From Bacillota bacterium (GTDB lineage: Bacteria > Bacillota > UBA4882 > UBA8346), in the NCBI GenBank assembly GCA_023426245.1, contig JAFABB010000011.1, positions 24,862 to 88,861 of the forward strand: a DNA stretch of 64,000 nt, written 5' to 3'. The position numbers and the translations under genes were made by a program. Shown in pieces: positions 1 to 6,503 of the stretch. The notes beneath the pieces were generated by a model. The model was not told where the DNA came from, did not search any database, and was given only the letters and a program-made list of their open reading frames with translations. Each line of letters starts with the position of its first letter. Positions within the stretch are counted from its first letter, which is position 1.

Positions 1-165
1 ACATTTTTTTGAAAAAAGTGTGTCGATTTTGTGTCGATAACCCTAGATGCTGATATGAAAAGGTTTAAGAGAATTTTTGAAACAATATGCCTAATAAATG
101 CCCGGTTGATAATTTTAAACGTTAAAAGTCAAAATCGAAGCTGCTTTCGTGAATCACGTCTTGAG

Positions 166-174
166 TTATCCACA
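166..174 (+). promoter_or_regulatory. Isolated perfect DnaA-box 9-mer TTATCCACA
   Basis: Exact match to the TTATNCACA consensus. Weaker relatives: tgtcgataa at 32-40 (1 mismatch, reverse orientation) and ttatccagc at 241-249 (2 mismatches). No dnaA/dnaN nearby. Confidence 0.25.
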
Positions 175-550
175 GGAAGATGTCAGGCGATAGCTTCAAA
201 ATGAAAAATCTTTTTGTTTTTATACTAAAATCCGGCAAACTTATCCAGCCGAAAAAATTTCGTTGATTATAAAGATAACTCAGCTAAGCTGCTCGCCTAT
301 CGACTCACCCCTTCAGGTACTTTGGGGGTCATAGCTATTTGAAGCCGTTCCCCGCTCTCTGACTGCCGGTGTTTATGAATGTCTGAGAGAGAGGAAGTTC
401 GCTATCCTAAGCATTGATTGCTTTATTAAAAGAAAGCTCCACGGAATTGGTTCCAAAACTCAAATATATCAGTCTGGGAAAAATCGATCAACTCCTATGC
501 ATAGGAACCCCCCCATCAAGAATCTCATCCGTATGCAGCGTTTATCATTG

Positions 551-641
551 CTTCAAAGCATCACCGAGCCCGGTAAATCCGGGCTTTGGAATGCTTTTTA
601 TTACTTAGCCGCGGGGTTTAACCCGCGGTGGACAAAACCGG
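551..641 (+). repeat. REP-like two-hairpin module, copy 1
   Basis: Hairpin 1 is gagcccgg-taaat-ccgggctt. About 25 nt later comes TAGC-CCGCGGG-gtttaa-CCCGCGG-TGGA. The reverse complement aligns by eye at about 75-80 percent identity with 1619-1709. Same architecture as 56557-56640. Confidence 0.7.
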
Positions 642-800
642 CTAAAAACATTTACACATTTGGCTTCACTATATTCATTATCCATCATACGTTTATTTTC
701 AAGAATCCGGGTAATGTTTAGCGTTCCGACGGATGAGTGAGCCGAAAGTGGTTAAAATCCGCAAGTTTTATCAAGAGTGAAGTTCTATAGGCCCCTTTTC

Positions 801-840
801 CCCTCCCCCATAGCCGATTTCCACGATCCATGGGGGAGGG
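801..840. other. GC-rich hairpin, perfect 11-bp stem
   Basis: ccctcccccat (801-811) pairs with atgggggaggg (830-840), with an 18-nt loop. It lies between REP-like copy 1 and the tandem array. Confidence 0.6.
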
Positions 841-919
841 CCACTGCGTCCGAACCGGTCCTAAGGGTGAGGGCATTGGCGCAAATTCGGCATTCATTTC
901 CGAGTTAATTTCAGGGTTT

Positions 920-1465
920 AAAAATAAAAATTCCCGCCATAAAAATCGATTCTTGAGAAAAAAGTTTTTCCCTTCGAAAAATGATTTTTTTCTTTCAAAA
1001 GAAATTTATTATTTCCGGAAATGATTTTTTCTTTCGGGAAAAAATCCATTTTCCCGTTCAATCCATCCCTCGGGTCACAGAAAGGATCAATTTTGTCCTT
1101 CGGAGGACCGATCGGATCACAAAAAGGATCATTTCCGCCGCCCGATCGATCAATTTTTCCCAAAAAAAGTCCTTTCGGTCGTTCAGAGAATCGATCCAAC
1201 TCCAAAAAAGATCCTTTTCCCCCTCCGATCGGTCCCTTTCCCTCCAAAAAGAATCATTTCTGTGACAAAAATGATCATTTCTCCCGTTCAAAGAATCCTT
1301 TCCGTCGTAAAAATGATCTTTTCCGTGACGGAAAGGATCGCTTGACTCATTCAAAGGATGCTTTCTGCCCCTAAAAGGATTCTTTCCGCGGTAAAAATGA
1401 TTCTTTCTGTGATTCAAAGGATCGATCCGGTCACAAAAATAATTCTTTCTTTGACCCAAAATCTT
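920..1465. repeat. Degenerate tandem array, about 26 units of about 21 bp with core AAA(G/T)GATC(A/T)TTTC
   Basis: Core centres fall near 1023, 1045, 1064, 1086, 1128, 1170, 1194, 1211, 1228, 1253, 1274, 1295, 1316, 1337, 1357, 1379, 1400, 1422 and 1441. Spacing is 20-22 bp in the most regular part (1253-1422). There are 14 GATC in 1085-1427. Reading frames stay open on both strands only because of the low-complexity repeat. Confidence 0.85.
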
Positions 1466-1618
1466 CACAAGGCCCGCTCTTGCCTTTATAAAGACCTTAC
1501 CCCATCCCCCTTTAACTCTAAACATTACCCATATCTTGGCGGATAAAAAATTGATAATATTCAATAAATATAAGGCATTTATGAATCCAGAATAGGTCTT
1601 TGCCTAATGAAATGAAGG

Positions 1619-1709
1619 CCGGATTCGTCACCGCGGGCTAAAGCCACACGGCTAAGTATTAAAAAGCATTTCAAAGCCCAGTTCCACCGGGCTCCGCGAT
1701 GCTTCGAAG
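1619..1709 (-). repeat. REP-like two-hairpin module, copy 2 (inverted relative to copy 1)
   Basis: ccggattcgtcaccgcgggctaaagcc...ggctaagtattaaaaagcatttcaaagccc...ccgggctccgcgatgcttcgaag aligns with the reverse complement of 551-641. Confidence 0.7.
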
Positions 1710-1777
1710 TCCATTCCAAAGTCAGAACAGTAAAGATTAGCCGATCCCCGGAGGGGATTTAGAATTCTTTAAATTGC

Positions 1778-1812
1778 CTAGCCGTGCGGTTTTAACCCGC
1801 GGCGGACAGAAC
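1778..1812 (+). repeat. Partial REP-like module (second hairpin only), direct copy of 604-639
   Basis: ctagccgtgcggttttaacccgcggcggacagaac compared with cttagccgcggggtttaacccgcggtggacaaaac. It is followed 45 nt later by GGGTAATGTTTAG (1858-1870), as in copy 1 (709-721). Confidence 0.6.
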
Positions 1813-1866
1813 AAGCATTAATTTTCTTCTGAATATTCTATTATTTATTAGAGATATGGGTAATGT

Positions 1867-2613
1867 TTAGCCCTTCAACTCTTGGAGGACGATCTTCTGG
1901 ATTTCCTTGTGATCGGGCAAAAAGCCATGAATCTTGTGGGGCGCATAATTATCCTCCACAATATAGTGCCGGTTGGCCTCAATTTCAGTGCTTTGCACCG
2001 GAACTGTCTGATCACCCTCGCCAATCCAGGCTGCAATCTTCCCTTGGAATGGATGCTTTTTTTCATCAATATTCAGTTTCATGGCAATAATGGCGGTTTG
2101 AATATGGCTTGGGAAGGGGCAGCCGGCCAATTCCAAAAGCAGCGGATGACGGCGGCCCAGAATCAAGGGGGTCAATGCCCGGCTATCTCCGGGTAAAAAA
2201 AGGTCGCGCTTATTTTTATGAAATTCGGTTTTGCAAAAATCGGCCCGGGGTGAACCGAGGAATGGCGGAGCAATCATAATCAGTTTGTGGATATCGTTTT
2301 GATAGAAAGGAGAAGCTGTATAATACTTGCCGATAATGCCTCCCAGGCTGAAAGTGACCAAATCGATTTTCGGGCTGCCGGAAAGGGCTCTGGCCTTTGC
2401 AATCTCCAGTTTTAGGCGTTTGGCCGACTTTAAAATCGGATCGAGCGTAGGATAGGAAAACCAAAACAAATTTTCCCCCGGCTGATAACCCTCCAATATT
2501 AAAAAGCTAAACATACTTCCCTCTTTCGGTTTCCTGGAAAAACACCCCGGAACACCGAAAGTATGCCGGGCATTGCTGGCTATGCCGTGGACCAATAATA
2601 TCGGTTTCATCAT
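1867..2613 (-). CDS. Alpha/beta-fold hydrolase (lipase/esterase-like)
   Basis: 248-aa ORF with an LLVHGI N-terminus and an FSLGG nucleophile elbow (GxSxG). AAAGGAG lies upstream of the ATG. Confidence 0.75.
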   Translation of the reverse strand: MMKPILLVHGIASNARHTFGVPGCFSRKPKEGSMFSFLILEGYQPGENLFWFSYPTLDPILKSAKRLKLEIAKARALSGSPKIDLVTFSLGGIIGKYYTASPFYQNDIHKLIMIAPPFLGSPRADFCKTEFHKNKRDLFLPGDSRALTPLILGRRHPLLLELAGCPFPSHIQTAIIAMKLNIDEKKHPFQGKIAAWIGEGDQTVPVQSTEIEANRHYIVEDNYAPHKIHGFLPDHKEIQKIVLQELKG

Positions 2614-2726
2614 GACTCCTTTACAGGCACAAAGGGTTTTAACAACAATGTTTTTCGTCTTTTCTCGGCGTCTGCATCACTTATAGAGCCGACGCCTTGG
2701 CGGGAGATTTGATTTTTTAGACTTCG

Positions 2727-2832
2727 AAGTATTTTCTAAGTAGTCATCCACCCTGGCTTTGCCCGGGCAACGAAAAATCCGTCAGGGTGGCTGTTCGACT
2801 TAGAATCTGAGTTAAAAGTATTTTCTAAGTAG
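2727..2832. promoter_or_regulatory. Two identical 17-mers AAGTATTTTCTAAGTAG (2727-2743, 2816-2832) in a divergent promoter region
   Basis: Perfect direct repeat with an 89-bp start-to-start distance. It flanks the hairpin ccaccctg...cagggtgg and sits between the divergent genes starting at 2613(-) and 2958(+). Confidence 0.45.
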
Positions 2833-2957
2833 GAAAATACCGATCCGTGCTGAACTAATCCTAATATTGGGATTCATAAGGGCCTGCGTGAACGCCCGCT
2901 TCATTCAGCGCATAGACTATAACGGTAGGATTTTAGCGCCATCCGGAGGAGATTGAA

Positions 2958-3893
2958 ATGGATTATCATGCCCATCCCGTCCCCATCCTTGAACGGAAAA
3001 TCGAGAATACCCGGATTCAAATGACGTACCCTGAAATTCAGGGGCTGGGAGATTTTGATCTCCAAACGAAAATGAATGAAAAAATCCGGGATACCGTCTA
3101 TAAAACTATTTGGAATCATGGCTTTGACAAAGATCCCGGCCTCTTTGTGACCGGAAATACTCAAGTTACCCTGAACAAGGCCGGTCTTTTAAGCATGGTC
3201 ATGCGGATCAGTTTCGAAAATAAAGCCTATTCGACCCGTTTCCTGAAAATCAAAGCCTTAACGGTCAACTTGCAAAACGGCGCCATTTATAAGTTTGAAG
3301 ATTTATTTAAAAACAACCGGGATTACGTCGCCCGGCTCAATAAGATTATCAAGCGCCAAATCCTGGAACAGGATATTCCGGCGCTCAAAAAGTTCCACAC
3401 CGTTGAGCGGGACCAAAGATTCTATTTGACCTCCAACTCTTTGGTGATTTATTTCCCACACCATGAATACACACCTACCCATTTGGGAATCTTGGAATTT
3501 ACAATTCCTTACGCGGAACTAAGGGATTTAGCATACGAAAAAGGGCCGCTTCATTCGATGAAATCGTTGGAATCCCAGAAGCTGTCCGTTGGCGAAAGCG
3601 CAAACGGGCAAAACATACGGTTGATGATTGACCAAACTTTGGAGGTATCCCTAACCACCAATCCTACAACCGGATATACCTGGCAGTACATACAAAAGCC
3701 AAACCCGGATATTCTTCAAGAAACCCGGCATTTTCTTTTGCCGCAGGGCAAAAACCCCGGCTCGCCATCCCAGGAATATTGGCAATTTAGTCCGGTGAAT
3801 GGCGGTACAACTTCCATCGCCTTCGAGTATAAACGTTCCTGGTCGAAGGAACCGCCGCTTAAAACATTTGCGATCCAGATCATGGTTTCCTAA
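2958..3893 (+). CDS. DUF3298/DUF4163 (RsiV/PdaC-like) domain fused to a chagasin-family (I42) cysteine-peptidase inhibitor domain
   Basis: The N-terminal ~200 aa has the YPEIQGL...N.KI pattern of DUF4163/DUF3298. The C-terminal ~100 aa carries the NPTTGYTW motif typical of inhibitor I42. GGAGGAG lies upstream of the ATG. Confidence 0.65.
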   Translation: MDYHAHPVPILERKIENTRIQMTYPEIQGLGDFDLQTKMNEKIRDTVYKTIWNHGFDKDPGLFVTGNTQVTLNKAGLLSMVMRISFENKAYSTRFLKIKALTVNLQNGAIYKFEDLFKNNRDYVARLNKIIKRQILEQDIPALKKFHTVERDQRFYLTSNSLVIYFPHHEYTPTHLGILEFTIPYAELRDLAYEKGPLHSMKSLESQKLSVGESANGQNIRLMIDQTLEVSLTTNPTTGYTWQYIQKPNPDILQETRHFLLPQGKNPGSPSQEYWQFSPVNGGTTSIAFEYKRSWSKEPPLKTFAIQIMVS

Positions 3894-3965
3894 AAACCAA
3901 ACCGCAATACCGTCCAGAACCAATGGACCATCACCCATGAAAAACTTCGGTAGCATAATGGACCA

Positions 3966-4499
3966 TCACTCATGAAAAGCTTCTATAGCATTTTGAATCC
4001 ATTTTAGTTCAGCTTGGTAATGAAGTAAATGATGGGTAAAAATAAGTTTGGCTTTTTTTTGAAATTCAACCGCCATTTGCGGCAGCAATTCGGTTTGGTG
4101 ATCCTCGATATGTTGAATAATCCGCTCGATTTTTTCTTTTTGCCTCGTCAACGATGCTATTACAAGTTCCGCCTTTAAGAACTCATCAAAATATAATACC
4201 GCATCCTGCTCAAACACAAATTCACAAGTATGGTTCAACAATATCGTGAGCAGTCTTTCAAATTCTTTCCTTCCTGTCTCGGTTATTTCATATACTGCGC
4301 GTTCGGGTTTATTGCCCTCCCTTTCTTCGGAAACATTGACTAAACCCGTCTGCTGCATTTTTTCTAAATGATAGTAGATCGTAGGAAGCTTAATCCGGGT
4401 GAAATCCGCGGCATTTTCCGAGAGCAACAGTTTCAAGCGATAACCGTGTTGCGGGCCATAACGGATTAAAAATCCCAAAATATAGGTTTGAACGATCAT
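3966..4499 (-). CDS. PadR-family transcriptional regulator
   Basis: The N-terminus ILGFLIRYGPQHGYRL...YYHLEKM...G...Y.IT..G is the classic PadR winged helix. 177 aa. Confidence 0.85.
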   Translation of the reverse strand: MIVQTYILGFLIRYGPQHGYRLKLLLSENAADFTRIKLPTIYYHLEKMQQTGLVNVSEEREGNKPERAVYEITETGRKEFERLLTILLNHTCEFVFEQDAVLYFDEFLKAELVIASLTRQKEKIERIIQHIEDHQTELLPQMAVEFQKKAKLIFTHHLLHYQAELKWIQNAIEAFHE

Positions 4500-4591
4500 A
4501 TTTTTCCTCCAGCCAACTTTTAATTCAGCGCTGAGTATATCATTTGAATTTTATGAAGTCAATCATTGGGTTTATCCAGGAATAGGGCTTA

Positions 4592-4620
4592 TTGACAGAA
4601 AGAAACATTTATTTTATAAT
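4592..4620 (+). promoter_or_regulatory. Consensus sigma-A promoter (TTGACA-17 nt-TATAAT)
   Basis: ttgaca at 4592-4597, a 17-nt spacer, tataat at 4615-4620. It is 41 nt upstream of the methyltransferase ORF. Confidence 0.7.
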
Positions 4621-4650
4621 TAGTCAGTATTGATTAGTCAGTACTGACTA
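4621..4650. promoter_or_regulatory. Putative PadR operator: 16-bp perfect palindrome TAGTCAGTACTGACTA plus an extra half-site
   Basis: The palindrome is at 4635-4650 and the half-site tagtcagta at 4621-4629, immediately downstream of the -10 box in the padR/methyltransferase intergenic region. Confidence 0.6.
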
Positions 4651-4660
4651 TAAAGAATCA

Positions 4661-5356
4661 ATGCGAACTCATAAATGGGAGGAAAAAACAATGGTTAAGC
4701 CGCGTGTAAAAGAAACGGATAACGGAATTCAAAACCCCTTCGACATTACGGTTTTTGACAAAATGCGGCGAAAAATGAGGGACCATAACCATCTGGATAC
4801 GGTTCGACTCATTAATTCGGGCATCAATAACGGCCTCGCGCTGGAAATTGGCCCCGGCCCCGGTTATCTTGGTTTGGAATGGTTACGTAGAACAACAGGC
4901 ACGACTTTAAAGGCTGTTGAGATTAGCCAAGGTATGATTCTACTGGCTGAAAAAAATGCAGATGAATACCAACTTCGTAACAGACTTACTTACATTCTGG
5001 GCGACGCCCAAAATTTGCCCTTTGAAAATAAAAGTTTTGATGCCGTTTTCAGTAGCGGTTCACTTCATGAATGGGCTGAGCCAAAGCAAATATTCAATGA
5101 AATATACCGTGTTTTGAAGCCGGGCGGCAGGTATTATATCAGTGATTTACGTCGGGATCTGAATCCGATAATGAAAGCTATCATCATCAAAAGTACCGAG
5201 CCAAAGGAAATCGTTCCTGGTTTTATTACATCTCTCAATGCGGCTTATACAAAAAAGGAACTAAAAGAATTATTGTTATCTTCTAAGCTAAAGGATGCAG
5301 ATGTCAAAAAAAATATAGTGACTCTTGAAGTAATCGGAATAAAAAAATCCGGATGA
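4661..5356 (+). CDS. Class I SAM-dependent methyltransferase
   Basis: Motif I LEIGPGPGYLG, plus the FDAVFSSGSLHEW and LKPGGRYYISD motifs. An alternative start is the ATG at 4691 (MVKPR). Confidence 0.85.
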   Translation: MRTHKWEEKTMVKPRVKETDNGIQNPFDITVFDKMRRKMRDHNHLDTVRLINSGINNGLALEIGPGPGYLGLEWLRRTTGTTLKAVEISQGMILLAEKNADEYQLRNRLTYILGDAQNLPFENKSFDAVFSSGSLHEWAEPKQIFNEIYRVLKPGGRYYISDLRRDLNPIMKAIIIKSTEPKEIVPGFITSLNAAYTKKELKELLLSSKLKDADVKKNIVTLEVIGIKKSG

Positions 5357-5452
5357 TGAGGAAAATCATAAATAATCGTGGAAGCCATAATAAAAGCCCC
5401 ACTACCTATTGACGGGGTAGCGAGGCGATCTCCAGAAAATGGATGGCGTCTT

Positions 5453-6007
5453 TTAAAAAGTTACATACATTTCTTTTTTAGCGCCGCAAACAGGACAGTT
5501 ATCGGGAATTCCGTCAACAATCGTATGTCCGCAAATCGGGCAAATATTGACCGACTGAATCTCCAGATCCTTTCCTTGTTTGACTGCATCTTGGGCATCC
5601 TTAAACAAACCGGCGTGAATCTTTTCGGCTTCCAGCGCAAAATGAAAAGACCGCTCGGCGCCTTTTTCGCCCTGAAATTGAGCACTATGTAAATAAACCG
5701 GATACATCTGTTCCACTTCATGAAGCTCACCATTGATGGCCCCCTGTAGATTATCGACCAAACTTCCCATTCCAAATACCGCCCCGGCGGTTACCGAATG
5801 ATCCCCAGGCTGACTGCTTAACTCTTTGAAATGATTGGTGGCATGAACCTGTTCCGCATAAGAAATCGCTTTAAATAACTTCCCCACATTCGGGAAACCT
5901 TCCTTTTCGGCCTGGTTTCCCCAAGCGATATACCGCATGTGGGCCATGCTTTCTCCACCATAGGCTGAACGTAAAAAATCTGCCGTCATTGGGTTTTGTA
6001 CTGACAT
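5453..6007 (-). CDS. rbr: Rubrerythrin
   Basis: Ferritin-like diiron domain (two E..H motifs) plus a C-terminal rubredoxin-like CPICG...CPVCG. The ORF opens at 6013, but the ATG at 6007 has GGAGG 8 nt upstream, versus 2 nt for 6013. Confidence 0.9.
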   Translation of the reverse strand: MSVQNPMTADFLRSAYGGESMAHMRYIAWGNQAEKEGFPNVGKLFKAISYAEQVHATNHFKELSSQPGDHSVTAGAVFGMGSLVDNLQGAINGELHEVEQMYPVYLHSAQFQGEKGAERSFHFALEAEKIHAGLFKDAQDAVKQGKDLEIQSVNICPICGHTIVDGIPDNCPVCGAKKEMYVTF

Positions 6008-6160
6008 TTTCATTTCCTCCTTGTTTTTTTACTATTGATCTTATTAGTCTGAATTGATTGGAATTACTATATTGCAGACTCATTCATTTCAAGAACGCTT
6101 CTCGTTACATCCCTTCATTTTTTTGCTGCCAACACCTCCCATTCATAATTTAAACTAAGC

Positions 6161-6173
6161 AGTAATAATTACT
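6161..6173. promoter_or_regulatory. Inverted repeat AGTAAT-A-ATTACT upstream of rbr
   Basis: Perfect 6-1-6 dyad. It is one of four ATTACTAT occurrences (6063, 6168, 6339, 6356) in the 490-bp intergenic region. Confidence 0.4.
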
Positions 6174-6339
6174 ATTTAAGCGCCAAAAAAATATCCGTTC
6201 CCGATACCACCGAATCCTCCCCATGCATCTTCATTCTCTGAACAAACAGCCCGAAGGCACCCAAAATAGTAAAGGTTATCATCTCATTTTATTAACATAA
6301 CCTATCACCAATTCTTCCACAATCTTCTTTTTGATAATA

Positions 6340-6353
6340 TTACTATATAGTAA
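6340..6353. promoter_or_regulatory. 14-bp perfect palindrome TTACTATATAGTAA
   Basis: Self-complementary, and overlaps two ATTACTAT copies. Intergenic, upstream of rbr. Confidence 0.4.
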
Positions 6354-6503
6354 TCATTACTATTTGTCAATAAAAAAATAAAATTTTTCTTCCCGGAAAT
6401 TAACTTTCTTCACCGGGTCAATCATTTTTAACATGAATCCGCCGAGTAACTTTAAGAATCCCATCAATAAAGAACTTGCCGGATTTTATAGAAAACCCGG
6501 CCG

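Noticed and set aside
1-260. Chromosomal replication origin (oriC), on the basis of the TTATCCACA box
   Set aside because: There is only one perfect box, plus two or three weak ones. There is no dnaA, dnaN, rpmH or gidA context and no obvious AT-rich 13-mer unwinding element. This is insufficient, so I kept it only as a low-confidence site.
414-721. ORFs 414-608 and 497-721 (64 and 74 aa)
   Set aside because: They overlap each other and run through the REP-like hairpins. They have no SD and no recognisable domain.
920-1465. Possible CRISPR array
   Set aside because: The period is about 21 bp with no alternation of conserved repeats and unique 30-40-bp spacers. The units are degenerate copies of one motif, and no cas genes are in the window.
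918-1564. Four overlapping ORFs of 94-168 aa (918-1247 minus, 981-1265 plus, 1021-1374 plus, 1058-1564 minus) across the tandem array
   Set aside because: They are open in several frames on both strands at once because the repeat unit is stop-poor and palindromic. The translations are low-complexity 7-aa reiterations. None has an SD, and the 168-aa ORF begins at a TTG. I treat them as non-coding, although a decayed heptad-repeat gene cannot be strictly excluded.
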